A stretch of DNA of 64,000 nt from a virus, in IMG/VR virus record IMGVR_UViG_3300028029_000124; one strand, written 5' to 3'. Numbering within the stretch: position 1 is the stretch's first letter; each line of letters begins with the position of its first letter. A program made the translations under genes and the position numbers. Positions 29,256 to 39,361 of this stretch are shown here, piece after piece. Under the pieces are notes generated by a model, which did no database searches, was not told the origin of the DNA, and saw nothing but the letters and a program-made list of their open reading frames with translations.

Positions 29256-30062
29256 TCAGCCACCTGCATATCCTCCCGCTATGGCGGAACCTGTGTCCGG
29301 GCGGCAAGTATTTGCTTGAACGTCAAAATAGTACCCGTCAGGGCAACACACTTCGTGCAGAGCATCGTAGAAATAATTGGGTGGGCAAAGGTCGCTAACA
29401 GGTACGCTGTCAGGAGACAGTCCTGGCTCAGGTGCACCGGACCCAGATGTCCCAACAGAAATTACTCTGTTTGCCATGTCTGCAATAATTTGATACATGG
29501 CTAGCACTTTTGCATACGTGGGCGAAAAAGATGCCGTGTCTCCTCCTGACCAAGTCTTTGCTCTAGCTTTCATGGCGGACCACTCGCATACGGGCAACAG
29601 TTTGTGCATTAGGCTGTCTGCGAGCGCTGCGGGGGTGCGGTACTTTGCCCAGGCTGCGGAGTACATGTCCATCATCTCCGTCTCCATCATCGCCTGGTCT
29701 TCTATGCTTATGGTGTATGTGTTGTGGTAGTACTGCTCTGCTAGCGCCACAAAACAAGCGTCTAGCTTCACGTCCTCTTCTGTTGCAGCCACTTCTCCCG
29801 CCACTCCTGTAGCAGACCCGAACACGCACTCACCGCGGATGTTGGAGTACTGAAGACCGGCAGGACACACCGATGGGTCATTAGGGAGCGGTGCGTTGGG
29901 CGTGCTACCGTTTAGCTTCTTTTTCTTTGCTGCTGCGGAGTTGCTATACATGGCAAACACGAGGCCTGCCGCCAGTGCGGGAACGAGGATAGACATGGCC
30001 CCCATTATCTCAGTATTTCTCGTGGGTTGCAAGCGAGAGCTATGTGAATACCGCGCGTTCAC
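29256..30062 (-). CDS. N-terminally membrane-anchored, Cys-containing protein
   Basis: Likely start MGAMSILVPALAAGLVFAM then KKKK; two Cys-rich mini-domains (CPAGLQY..C, CPPNYFY..CCP). Confidence 0.7.
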   Translation of the reverse strand: MNARYSHSSRLQPTRNTEIMGAMSILVPALAAGLVFAMYSNSAAAKKKKLNGSTPNAPLPNDPSVCPAGLQYSNIRGECVFGSATGVAGEVAATEEDVKLDACFVALAEQYYHNTYTISIEDQAMMETEMMDMYSAAWAKYRTPAALADSLMHKLLPVCEWSAMKARAKTWSGGDTASFSPTYAKVLAMYQIIADMANRVISVGTSGSGAPEPGLSPDSVPVSDLCPPNYFYDALHEVCCPDGYYFDVQANTCRPDTGSAIAGGYAGG

Positions 30063-30077
30063 TATGTCTGTTATCCA

Positions 30078-30764
30078 CTACGGGCTATTGTCTTCTAGTG
30101 CCTCCAATTCTGCTTCTAGTGCTAGGTGTGTGTCGCTCTTAGTTGGTTGTTTACGATACCTGCCTGCGGCCCTATCCGCTGCCCACGCCTGTTTTCTGTC
30201 CGTATGTCCCTGTTCGTGCTTGTTTAGTAGTCGTTGTACCCTACGGGTAGCTCCCGCCCTTGCTTCCTCCTCAGTGTGCGCAGCCACTAATTTTGTGATG
30301 CCGACCTTGATAGGCAACATGTCTAGCTTCAATGTCTGTACGTCGGCTTTTAGTGGGTCTAGGTCTGTCTTTACGTGTAGAGACAGATCTGCCTGTGTTG
30401 CGTTGTTACCTATGGCTTGTTGGTATCCTGCACCTAGCCCAAATACTGCGGTGGCACCCCCGAAACATACACCTACTGCCCATTTTGCTACTTTCGCTAT
30501 ACGTTTCTTTGTGCTAAACATGTCTTCGAAAGCATTATCGGCAATGAGTTCTCGTTGCTGTGATTGCCTTATTTTTGCTTTCTGTTCGGGAGTAAGTACA
30601 GATAGAAGCGCCTCTACTGTTGCTGCCATATTCTCAATCACGTGCGGTATGTTTGGGGCCACTGCTGCTGTTTTTTGTGTTATAGTCCCCCCTATCTCAC
30701 TGCTGCGTGTATGTTCTACTTTGGCGGCAGTCGCTGACCGTGAGTATAATCCGTGCTCAGACAT
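30078..30764 (-). CDS. Membrane protein with coiled coil
   Basis: Central hydrophobic WAVGVCFGGATAVFGLGAGY followed by heptad-like DLDPLKADVQTLKLD. Confidence 0.7.
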   Translation of the reverse strand: MSEHGLYSRSATAAKVEHTRSSEIGGTITQKTAAVAPNIPHVIENMAATVEALLSVLTPEQKAKIRQSQQRELIADNAFEDMFSTKKRIAKVAKWAVGVCFGGATAVFGLGAGYQQAIGNNATQADLSLHVKTDLDPLKADVQTLKLDMLPIKVGITKLVAAHTEEEARAGATRRVQRLLNKHEQGHTDRKQAWAADRAAGRYRKQPTKSDTHLALEAELEALEDNSP

Positions 30765-30844
30765 GCTGCTAGCAGTGTATCACAAATGTGTTTGTCGACT
30801 ATCGCGCACAATATAAGTATGTACCGCTAGCCTAGTGCTACGTC

Positions 30845-31621
30845 TTGAGGTACCCTACGAGGATGCCTAAATACTCGCCTGCGTGGGGGTTATTAGCTGT
30901 AGCGACATTCCTCATTACTCGAAAGGCTGCTGCGGGATCCGTTGCGGGCCGTGAGTTGGTACACAAGGACGAGGGCGAAGGCACACAAGAGCCAGAGATA
31001 CCTACAGAGACTTACCCTATGAGACCAATAGACGATTCGTGGATCCCTCCTGGGCAGGGTGCCCCACTACATGCGATGCTTTCTGGTGACCCTAAACGTC
31101 CGGAGATTGCTGCTGCACTTTCTGAGATGGACGATTATTTGGCGTCTTCTGGTATAAACACCTCGTGGGTCAGCGCCAAAGAGTTGACCACAATGCCCAA
31201 AGGCTCAACATCTTCGGGTAGAAAACCCGTAGCCATCCCTCCTCGTGGACTATGGGAAAACATAATACCTACGTTGCGTCTGTGGGAAAACGAGATCCGT
31301 GGGCCCATGGGTGTGCCTATGAGGTTGAGAGCCTACCGCCCGGTGGATTACAACACAGCGGTAGGTGGGGCGGCAGGCTCTCAACATCAATGGTTTTCTG
31401 CACTAGATATTTATTTAGATGGAGACAATAATACTGCTAAGAATAGGAGATCTCTCGGAGTAATGGGGGCGTTGGCATATCTGTCGGCACCTGAACATAA
31501 AATAGGTTTCGGTGCGTACGGGTCACCTACACCTAGCAACATTCACCTAGATACAGGATTCAGTAGGCGCAAGTGGAAAGATGCGCAATACTTCATAGAC
31601 AAAGCACAGAAGGTTTCGTAG
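30845..31621 (+). CDS. Peptidase M15-like (Zn peptidoglycan peptidase) with N-terminal hydrophobic segment
   Basis: AYRP..YN.AVGGA.GSQH...ALDI...IHLD = SxH-x6-D...HxD zinc ligands of the M15 fold; probable start MPKYS. Confidence 0.82.
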   Translation: MRYPTRMPKYSPAWGLLAVATFLITRKAAAGSVAGRELVHKDEGEGTQEPEIPTETYPMRPIDDSWIPPGQGAPLHAMLSGDPKRPEIAAALSEMDDYLASSGINTSWVSAKELTTMPKGSTSSGRKPVAIPPRGLWENIIPTLRLWENEIRGPMGVPMRLRAYRPVDYNTAVGGAAGSQHQWFSALDIYLDGDNNTAKNRRSLGVMGALAYLSAPEHKIGFGAYGSPTPSNIHLDTGFSRRKWKDAQYFIDKAQKVS

Positions 31622-31651
31622 GAACACAATTATTTGTAGTTGCTTTGTTGC

Positions 31652-31954
31652 CTATCGCGTTGACCTATATGCGCGATAGGCTTTCTTGGTAAGCGACGAA
31701 ACTATAAAAGTTTTGTCTAAAGTCTTAACATATCTGTCTCTGTGCTCTGTCCAGGTATCTGGGTTTGTTGTAAATAAGACATCTCTGGCACTGCGTAGTA
31801 TGTCGTTTACGTGGCCTACAGGTTCGGATAGGTGAGAAAAAGTGTTGGGCAACGCCTTTTTTGCTATGTCCCTAGTTGTAAGTAATATGCGCAGCACAGT
31901 AGAGATAATACCACAAAAAATGTTTTGTGGTATTATCTCTACTGTGCTGCGCAT
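31652..31954 (-). CDS. Hypothetical protein whose 5' part is a perfect palindrome
   Basis: 100-aa ORF in the expected orientation; first ~25 codons lie within the 31878-31963 palindrome. Confidence 0.35.
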   Translation of the reverse strand: MRSTVEIIPQNIFCGIISTVLRILLTTRDIAKKALPNTFSHLSEPVGHVNDILRSARDVLFTTNPDTWTEHRDRYVKTLDKTFIVSSLTKKAYRAYRSTR

Positions 31955-31963
31955 ATTACTTAC
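31878..31963. repeat. Perfect inverted repeat, 41-bp arms, 4-nt centre
   Basis: GTAAGTAATATGCGCAGCACAGTAGAGATAATACCACAAAA-AATG-TTTTGTGGTATTATCTCTACTGTGCTGCGCATATTACTTAC. Confidence 0.97.
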
Positions 31964-31972
31964 TTTGGTGCG

Positions 31973-32776
31973 CTAGTCTGCTGCCTCTTTTAGGCAGTCA
32001 CTAGCGATACGGAATATCGTTGTTAGGTCTTCTTCTGTGTGATTGGTTCCGAATCGCACCTTAGCCGCTGCGCTAAGTACCGCCCTATTTTCCGTGAGTT
32101 CTTTTCTCCTACTCTGGCTGAGCACAGGTTCTTTTTTTCCGAATATTTTAGCCAGTAGTCCCTTTTTACTCTCTGGGATAGTTAGTATCTTATCTACATT
32201 CGCTATCTCTGATTCTATCATTGCATTCCATACGGACCCTAGTTTGTTTGTGGTAGGTACGGAACGAAGTATATTTAGTTGTATAACATCCCCGATCACC
32301 ATCAACAACATGTTGGCTTTCTCGTGGTGTGCTACAGCTACGGCCAGGTGTGTGATGTTGTACATATCAACATCCCCACTAGCATCACGCATTTTTTGTA
32401 TGCTTAGCTGCATTTTTGTAGGTAGTGCAGCTAGCCTATAAGACACGTCGTTCTTGTTCTTCTCGTAAATATCTTTACTTGCCTTGTATATTGTGCTTTC
32501 CTCTTCTGCTACCCACTCGGCATGCTCCTCCGGGCTACGAAAAAATACTTCGGTAGTGTGTCCAGCTTGTACTATGCTTACTCCCCTAGGGCCATAATCG
32601 TCGTCCGGTCGCCCCCAGGTACACAAACTATCTCCTGATTGCGGCTGTGGGTAACCCTCCCCTCTAGGGTAAGACACGCGCATTCCGTGATCCAGGATAC
32701 ACGTCCATGTATGTCCGTCGTTAGACAGTAATACTTCGGTTACTGTATAGCTCTCTGTAGGTCTTGTTTTTGTCAT
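31973..32776 (-). CDS. Hypothetical protein
   Basis: 267-aa ATG ORF co-oriented with the replication genes. Confidence 0.65.
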   Translation of the reverse strand: MTKTRPTESYTVTEVLLSNDGHTWTCILDHGMRVSYPRGEGYPQPQSGDSLCTWGRPDDDYGPRGVSIVQAGHTTEVFFRSPEEHAEWVAEEESTIYKASKDIYEKNKNDVSYRLAALPTKMQLSIQKMRDASGDVDMYNITHLAVAVAHHEKANMLLMVIGDVIQLNILRSVPTTNKLGSVWNAMIESEIANVDKILTIPESKKGLLAKIFGKKEPVLSQSRRKELTENRAVLSAAAKVRFGTNHTEEDLTTIFRIASDCLKEAAD

Positions 32777-32909
32777 GATCAGTATTCTATGTGTGCCCGC
32801 ACGTGTTTACTATGAGAGCAATGGTTGTTACCCACAAAAATAGTGTTGGTGCAGTAAGAACGAATATGGGAAGGTGGTACGACGTAATTTGTTTCACTCA
32901 CGTTCCTGG

Positions 32910-33527
32910 TCATTTAGACGAAGCCGCTATAGATGTGTTTCTTATGACCCGTATGCCAGGTATGTTTATGTTACCTTTTGCTGCACGTATGTCTGACATT
33001 ACTGTTTTCTCGCAAACTGCTATGTACTTGTCGGGTACTTTGCTCATGTCTAAGATATCGAAACTGAACGATATCCTTGTGCTTATGCCTGCGATATCAG
33101 AAAATTTGCTGTTCACCTCCTGTATAGTCGAACCCGCACTGCCTTGAGAAACTGCTAGGTCACCTACCTCTTGGAGCGCTGCAGACATCCTGTCGTGCTC
33201 AGAATCCATAGCGTCTGACATTTTCAGCTTTATTTGTTTTTCGCAAGACAATAATAATTTCAGCGGCTCAAGAAACCACGATCGCACTGTGCTCAGTGCT
33301 GCAGCCATAGGTTTTGTGGCTGCGTCACGCATAGCCGTTAGGTTTTTAGCTTTCCCCTTAATTTCTTTCAATATAGCAGCAGCAAACTCCATGTCCTCTT
33401 GGCTAGCTATCACCAGAGACTCCATCTCGTCGAGCACTCCCTGTGCGTCTTTTCCTGCGTTCTCTGCGTTTACTTTGTCTTTCTCGGAGACAGAGATGGT
33501 ATTATTTTCTTTTTTATTTTTTGGCAT
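32910..33527 (-). CDS. Gp157/Gam-like coiled-coil protein
   Basis: Long helical region and terminal NIPGIRVIRNT motif typical of phage Gp157-like proteins. Confidence 0.55.
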   Translation of the reverse strand: MPKNKKENNTISVSEKDKVNAENAGKDAQGVLDEMESLVIASQEDMEFAAAILKEIKGKAKNLTAMRDAATKPMAAALSTVRSWFLEPLKLLLSCEKQIKLKMSDAMDSEHDRMSAALQEVGDLAVSQGSAGSTIQEVNSKFSDIAGISTRISFSFDILDMSKVPDKYIAVCEKTVMSDIRAAKGNINIPGIRVIRNTSIAASSK

Positions 33528-33534
33528 GGTTCAC

Positions 33535-35700
33535 CTATCTGTTCCGTTCCCACGGAATCATCTTACCGTTATTGTCGTACACTGCGCACGCCTCTTTCTC
33601 CCACCTCCGCATAATGTACGGCTCAGCCGTCATAGGCACGTTAGGGGTCCAGTAGTTGTACGCGTGCACCATCTCGTGTTTGAGTTCCCACGCTACGGCT
33701 TCCGCTACATCTTCCTTACACTCCACGTGAATCTCGTCGTGCAAGAAGTTCACGTTGTGTGAGCCGTACAGGGAAGACTCAGGGCAACAAAATTGTTTGT
33801 GTGCTACGTTGAACAGTGCTTCCTTGGCAGCATCTGCCGTGAGTCCCTGAAAGAACGTATTGCACGCTTGGGTGTATCCCACTCGTCCTCGTTCTCTGCA
33901 AGACCTGTATTGCTCTATGTTAGCCCTGTGCGACATACGCAACTTTGCCTCCTTCTCCGGGTCGTCACTTCTCTCCCGCCTAGGGAATAAGGAGTTTATG
34001 AACCTGAAATACTCCGTCATCTCGGGCCACGTCGTGTTCCACTGCCTTTTTAGCTCTCTGGTCTCATCCACGGAGATGTCGACACCGTAATTTCCTCTGG
34101 CGAACAACACAAATGTCTCTGCCCCTAGGCCGCCCGGAAAACCGAAGTTTGCTGCTTTGCCTAGTGTTCTCATCTTCCCCAAGTAAGCTTTTGTTTCTGC
34201 GTCACCTGTGGACCTGCCCTCCATGACCTCACGGTAGGGTATTCCTAGGATGTTTGCGACCATCCCCGAATGTGGGTCCTCACCTGCGTTTAGTGCAGAA
34301 GCTAACTTAGAGTGCCCAACTACCGACAAGCATATTTCCGCCAAGGCTCGCAGTTCTGCTAGATCGTAATCGCATCCTACGAACACATACCCGTCCCTAG
34401 GCACAATACATTGTCTAACCCCGAAAGCTCTGGGGGGGTTCTGAATGTTTGGGGAGCTTGAGCTTGTCCTCCCTGTCTCCAACAGTGATTCGAATCTAGT
34501 CTGGATGGGGTGCACCTCCCCTAACCTAAGCGCAGGTATATACGTTGTGCGCAGCTTTGTGACTTTTCCGTAATCCCTATATTGTAGGAGATATTCGGAG
34601 TTTGATCTCTCGCAGCTGTCCGCACTTAGGGAAACGTACTTATACTCGCACGACATAAGTACTTCTGCAGATATAGCCTTTTTAGCCAGCAGCTTATCTT
34701 GAGCGGATAGCCCAGCCGTCTCTGTGCGTGCCCTTGTTGTACATATGTCTTTCCCTTTCTTGGTTAGCGTGCAGTCATCCGCTAACGCTTTGTACATCAT
34801 ACTCTTTGCCAACTTAGTATTTTTTACTAGGTTCTTTCGCAGTAGCCCAGAAGCTAACATGAATTTTCTTAGTCTATCCTCCTCAGTACTAAGTTCGCCG
34901 TCAAGCAAAGATATGGCTGCGGCGTCTGTGCGCAGCCCCCAGCAAGATATTAGGTGCAGCGCCCAGTGTCCTCTACCTTGGCGAAATTGATCGGTCAATG
35001 TGCCTGCGGAGTCTGGTATCATGTTTTGTGCTAGAAACACATTGAGTGTAGCTATGGAATCACCGATAGCGTATTTTCTAGCACCTTCTTCCCAATCCTC
35101 TACGGGAACATCTAATAGTTCCCCGTACTGCAACCTGAAATTATCTTTATCTAACGGAGTACCTACTAGCCTATGGTGCACATCGGACAGGTTGTACACA
35201 ATCTTTTTCTTCTTTTGTACCTTGCCTGCAACGCTCGCAGGTGACCAAAAGTCTCCGAGTATTCCCTCAGATAGGTCCAGTAATTTTTGTCTGGTCAGGA
35301 CATCGTATACCCTATCGTCTATTAGTGCATCAAATATCACAGGCATTAGCCTAGGGAATTTTACCCCTATAACGGCTAAGTCAAATGGTGCGTTTGCCCA
35401 AATAGTGTGTCTGGACGTTAGACAATGCTCCAACAAATCCTCAGACTCGTCGCTACCAGATATGCCTACATCTCCCACACCGAAACCACTCCCGTCAAGC
35501 TCTGCCCAAGACAGGCAGGCCATGGGTGGGGCTAACCTGCCTGGACGTATGGGAGATGTCTCCGTGTCCATAGCAATGGGTCGCGCATGGCTAGAAGTTA
35601 TTTCTATGGCCTTGGCATCCCTACGCTTCCACTCAGCGTTAGCCTCGGCAATTATGTTCGGTTTTTCCATATGTGATATACCACTTATAGGCAAAGACAT
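33535..35700 (-). CDS. Family A DNA polymerase with 3'-5' exonuclease, no 5'-3' exonuclease
   Basis: Exo I MDTET; TGRTSSSSPNIQN; motif A CDYDLAELR; motif B KAANFGFPGG; motif C LHDEI. Confidence 0.95.
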   Translation of the reverse strand: MSLPISGISHMEKPNIIAEANAEWKRRDAKAIEITSSHARPIAMDTETSPIRPGRLAPPMACLSWAELDGSGFGVGDVGISGSDESEDLLEHCLTSRHTIWANAPFDLAVIGVKFPRLMPVIFDALIDDRVYDVLTRQKLLDLSEGILGDFWSPASVAGKVQKKKKIVYNLSDVHHRLVGTPLDKDNFRLQYGELLDVPVEDWEEGARKYAIGDSIATLNVFLAQNMIPDSAGTLTDQFRQGRGHWALHLISCWGLRTDAAAISLLDGELSTEEDRLRKFMLASGLLRKNLVKNTKLAKSMMYKALADDCTLTKKGKDICTTRARTETAGLSAQDKLLAKKAISAEVLMSCEYKYVSLSADSCERSNSEYLLQYRDYGKVTKLRTTYIPALRLGEVHPIQTRFESLLETGRTSSSSPNIQNPPRAFGVRQCIVPRDGYVFVGCDYDLAELRALAEICLSVVGHSKLASALNAGEDPHSGMVANILGIPYREVMEGRSTGDAETKAYLGKMRTLGKAANFGFPGGLGAETFVLFARGNYGVDISVDETRELKRQWNTTWPEMTEYFRFINSLFPRRERSDDPEKEAKLRMSHRANIEQYRSCRERGRVGYTQACNTFFQGLTADAAKEALFNVAHKQFCCPESSLYGSHNVNFLHDEIHVECKEDVAEAVAWELKHEMVHAYNYWTPNVPMTAEPYIMRRWEKEACAVYDNNGKMIPWERNR

Positions 35701-35745
35701 ATGCCCTCACGCATAAATACATGTGGGCATATGTTGTGTAGTCAG

Positions 35746-36186
35746 CTACTCAATAGCTGCTGGGGACCAAGTATGTACAGTAAATTCTTTTTTGTCGCTC
35801 TTGGTCAATATCGTGTGGCACTGAAGGCCCAACACAACTCCGGCAAGAGGCTGGTCGTCGCTAAGCACGTCCTCGACGGTGTCCTCGTCTACTTCTTTGT
35901 TGGTCTCCTCTGTAGCCTCAAGACCGTTCGCTGCCAAAATAAATCTCTTCAGATTGATAGGGCCCATGTCGTTGTTATATTTGATTAGTTGTGCGTAGGT
36001 AGTTCCCACGCGCATGTTTTCGCTATCTGTACTAAGTAGTTTTGCTTCAATCACAATAAACAATTCTCTGTTCCTGGACACCCTATCGATCACCTTAATG
36101 ATCTCCACTGTGTGATTACCTACCAAAAAGTATGGATGCCTGTCTCCGGTAGCGTCCGCGTCATTTACTCCTGAATATTTTCCCAT
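35746..36186 (-). CDS. Putative ssDNA-binding/annealing protein
   Basis: Beta-rich and acidic, between polymerase and helicase; call is positional. Confidence 0.45.
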   Translation of the reverse strand: MGKYSGVNDADATGDRHPYFLVGNHTVEIIKVIDRVSRNRELFIVIEAKLLSTDSENMRVGTTYAQLIKYNNDMGPINLKRFILAANGLEATEETNKEVDEDTVEDVLSDDQPLAGVVLGLQCHTILTKSDKKEFTVHTWSPAAIE

Positions 36187-36196
36187 TTTGTTCCCT

Positions 36197-36229
36197 TGCT
36201 TTGTTTCTGCTTTGTTTCTGCTTTGTTTA
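36197..36229. repeat. 11-bp tandem repeat x3
   Basis: TGCTTTGTTTC units just upstream of the 36186 start codon. Confidence 0.8.
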
Positions 36230-36268
36230 CTTTACTATTATTATTGCGCTACACAATAATAACTGTGT

Positions 36269-38026
36269 CTACGGGTCTACTACTTGTAATCCCGCCAGGA
36301 GGAGTTTCTGCTCTGTACCTTGCGTCTCCTGTATGTACTTAGCGTCACGTAACGCTTGGCGCATACCTTCACGTAACGTAGAATCCCCGAGCATTATCTC
36401 ATAAAACACTTCGTCAGCCTTTTGCCCGAACCTATGTTGTCTGCCGAATAGTTGCTCGAATATCTTTCCGTTGGATGGGGGAGACACAATAAAATTTCTA
36501 TTCCATGCCTGAAGATTTCTACCTGTCCCGTTACTGGCAATGCTGGCGATGGCTGGACCTTTGCCTGCGTATTCTTCAATAGGCATTTTTGTTTTGGTGT
36601 CCAGGCCTTTCCTGGAGAAGAACGGTATTCCAGACATCCTGGCAAGCTTTTCTCCTGTGGCTACGTGGTCCACCCAAATTATGCCGTTATGTTTACCAAC
36701 ACGGTCTATGACTTGCTGCATAACGCTAGTGTCTAACCATACGGGTACTGTGTTTGCCTTGAACGTATCCTTTATCTCTTCCCACTCCTCACATAGGTTT
36801 CCTGAATGAAGTAACCCACGATTACATGCCGTCCACACCTGCAGTGGGCTGTCTAGTCCGGGAGTGCGCTCCTCTAGTACCTGGCGAACGTAGTAGAACC
36901 ACGCCCTTCTTTTGCGCAACCAATCTTCTGGTGGCTCCGGGTCCCAACGATAGTAGAATCCACATACTAGCTCACGCACGTGCCTCCATACGTCTATGGC
37001 TTGGCGGCACAGTTCTCCTCCGGGAGTCTCCCAGTCCTCTTTCAATTTATCTATATGTGACACTATGGTATCGGGTATTTCTGGCTCCCAGAAACTCCCT
37101 ACTATGCTTGCCGCCACCTTAGACTCTTTAGTAGTTATGACTCCCCTTGACGCAACCAACCTAGAATTAAAGGCATACCTTGCGGCGGTCAAACCAGTGT
37201 AGTTGTTTTCTGGCACTAGGCTGCTGGTCAGTGTAAGTAGTGCCCCAGGGCTACGTCTCTGATTATCGCACTTCTCGTCTATAGCCTCGGCCCACTCAGT
37301 AGCTTCAGATGCTTTTGACGGCATGGGCATGTCGATATGCCCTAAGCTCCAGCGCAAAAGGTGGTGGAAGTCCATGATGCTTCTACTAGTAATTGTTCCT
37401 GATAGAGCACAAAATATAGTATTTTGGTGTTCTTCCATGTACCGCTCTACTCGTTTTGTTACGGCAGCATCCCTGTTTTTCAGGTACTGGGCTTCGTCTG
37501 CCACTATTAGGTCAGGTTGTCTATCGTCCAAGTAAGCGGAACCGGATACCCTACCTAGCTTCTGATAACTAACGATATCGTAGTCGTCGTGCTTTTGCCA
37601 ATGTGCATCTAGGTCACAGAATTCTGCTATGGTTTTTTCTTTCAGATGTGCGGGCACTAATAGCACAGGCCTGGTGGCTTCGACCACCAAAGGGGCTAGC
37701 CTAGTAATTAGTGTCTTCCCCCCGCCCACTAGGATTATCCCTAGAAGCCCATTCATGTCGTGTAGGTCTGTCAGGCTCATGACTTGAGCTGCTCGAAGAG
37801 TTTGCCCCCCGCCTAGAGTGCGCAACCAATCTGTCATTTCCTCTTGCAGTAAATGTATGTCTTCTTTTTCCCAGTCGCGTTGGGATAGGTTCCTTACGCG
37901 GATCAGTTCGTCCGTCTCTTGTATCCCTGTTGCCTTCCTTCTCTTTGCTATGTTCGAAGAAGGAGAGAGATCCTGCACAGTCTTTCCGCGCTTCGCTAAC
38001 ATTTTCACGAGTAATTTTGTTACCAT
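36269..38026 (-). CDS. Superfamily 2 (SNF2-like) helicase
   Basis: GGGKT (I), IVADEAQ (II), LSGT (III), GTGRNLQ (V), EQLFGRQHRFGQ (VI). Confidence 0.88.
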   Translation of the reverse strand: MVTKLLVKMLAKRGKTVQDLSPSSNIAKRRKATGIQETDELIRVRNLSQRDWEKEDIHLLQEEMTDWLRTLGGGQTLRAAQVMSLTDLHDMNGLLGIILVGGGKTLITRLAPLVVEATRPVLLVPAHLKEKTIAEFCDLDAHWQKHDDYDIVSYQKLGRVSGSAYLDDRQPDLIVADEAQYLKNRDAAVTKRVERYMEEHQNTIFCALSGTITSRSIMDFHHLLRWSLGHIDMPMPSKASEATEWAEAIDEKCDNQRRSPGALLTLTSSLVPENNYTGLTAARYAFNSRLVASRGVITTKESKVAASIVGSFWEPEIPDTIVSHIDKLKEDWETPGGELCRQAIDVWRHVRELVCGFYYRWDPEPPEDWLRKRRAWFYYVRQVLEERTPGLDSPLQVWTACNRGLLHSGNLCEEWEEIKDTFKANTVPVWLDTSVMQQVIDRVGKHNGIIWVDHVATGEKLARMSGIPFFSRKGLDTKTKMPIEEYAGKGPAIASIASNGTGRNLQAWNRNFIVSPPSNGKIFEQLFGRQHRFGQKADEVFYEIMLGDSTLREGMRQALRDAKYIQETQGTEQKLLLAGLQVVDP

Positions 38027-38059
38027 TAGGGCTCTCTCCTTCCTTACTTACTTGATTGT

Positions 38060-39361
38060 TTACTTACTTTCGTGAGCAGGGAATTCTTTTTTGTATTCTT
38101 CCCACACGTCAGTGGCTACACCGATAGGGTCGTCCAGCCCAGGCATTGCTAGGACCTCCACATAGATGGACACGAACGCTTTTTTGTCTTCTGACTTAGC
38201 GAGTAGGTCTTGTGTACCCTGCTTATCTGCACGATCTGTAGCTACGTGATTCGATACCGCAGACAGTAGCTCAGACAACATACTAGCGAAGTCTGTCGTC
38301 CCCTCTCCCGGTTGTTCACTATCAACCACTCTGTTTTTTGCTCCCTTGGGACGGCCTGCCCTAGTCTTCTTTTTTGGTGGGTCTCTTGTACCATCCACGG
38401 ACCCATCTGGAACTTCCGATGCGGTAGTATCTACTGGAATCACATCCTGTTCTGGTGGGTTCACAGGTACTCCCTTTTCTCCCTTTGTTTCTGTGTTTCC
38501 TTGTTTAGCAGCTTTGCGCTGCGCCATACGTTCTTTTAGAGTCATAGCCATTATGTCGTTCGTCCTTCTCTGTATTGATTTTATTCTCTCCATACTAGAG
38601 AGATTACACCTGTCTTGATAATAGCAACCACCGTAGTCGTTGCATGCATATGCGTTGTAGTCTACCTGCAACACACTTAATTTTTTGTTTGCGTACCTGT
38701 TTCGCAAGTCTGCCATCTTGTCTGCGTAAGCGCGTATGATGGTCATTCCTGCATCTACTTCTTCTCTAGATACGGTGACCTGTACTGCTCTGGCCTTACC
38801 TTTTCCTTTGGTGGGGTAGTACACCCATCTGAGCATCACGGAGTCCACATCGAAACTGTCTAGGGACTCTTTTGCGTAGATTATCCCCTGAACGTCGTTC
38901 CTCAGTCCTTCTTCGCTGAGTGCCCATTTCAGGTCGCCCGTTGTTTTATGGTCTAAGACTATTCTAATGTCGTCGGCAGATACCGACAACAGTTCCTGTT
39001 TAGAATTTCCGTAGTCTGCGCTACTTAGCCGCAGATCTACAAAACCTCTGTACTTGTGTGGACCTAAAGAGAATATGAAAGAGTGCTCCACACCTAGGCT
39101 CTTTGAGGGCAGAGGTAGTAGATGTATCCCCTTTGTCGCAATCTTGCCCTCTTTTGTCTTTATGTCTGGAGCAACACCACTCCCTAACCATCTCTCTAAT
39201 ATCTCGTGTACTCTCCCTCCCAGTGCTGCTGCTGGTCCTTGAGGTGATATTATGCCTTCTAGGTAGTGCCACGCCCACGCCCTCTCACAACTGGCGAATT
39301 TCTTTATTTGTGATGCACTGAAAGGTTTCGGCATTATCATTCTTTTCTCGCTTGCCACCAC
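38060..39361 (-). CDS. PD-(D/E)XK (RecB/Cas4-like) exonuclease with low-complexity C-terminal extension
   Basis: SASQI..F..C; G.RVHE.LE; GFVDL; DHKT; terminal C..C..C. Confidence 0.85.
   Translation of the reverse strand: MVASEKRMIMPKPFSASQIKKFASCERAWAWHYLEGIISPQGPAAALGGRVHEILERWLGSGVAPDIKTKEGKIATKGIHLLPLPSKSLGVEHSFIFSLGPHKYRGFVDLRLSSADYGNSKQELLSVSADDIRIVLDHKTTGDLKWALSEEGLRNDVQGIIYAKESLDSFDVDSVMLRWVYYPTKGKGKARAVQVTVSREEVDAGMTIIRAYADKMADLRNRYANKKLSVLQVDYNAYACNDYGGCYYQDRCNLSSMERIKSIQRRTNDIMAMTLKERMAQRKAAKQGNTETKGEKGVPVNPPEQDVIPVDTTASEVPDGSVDGTRDPPKKKTRAGRPKGAKNRVVDSEQPGEGTTDFASMLSELLSAVSNHVATDRADKQGTQDLLAKSEDKKAFVSIYVEVLAMPGLDDPIGVATDVWEEYKKEFPAHESK

Noticed and set aside
29896-30816. 306-aa plus-strand ORF
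   Set aside because: Antisense to two plausible minus-strand membrane-protein genes; no motif.
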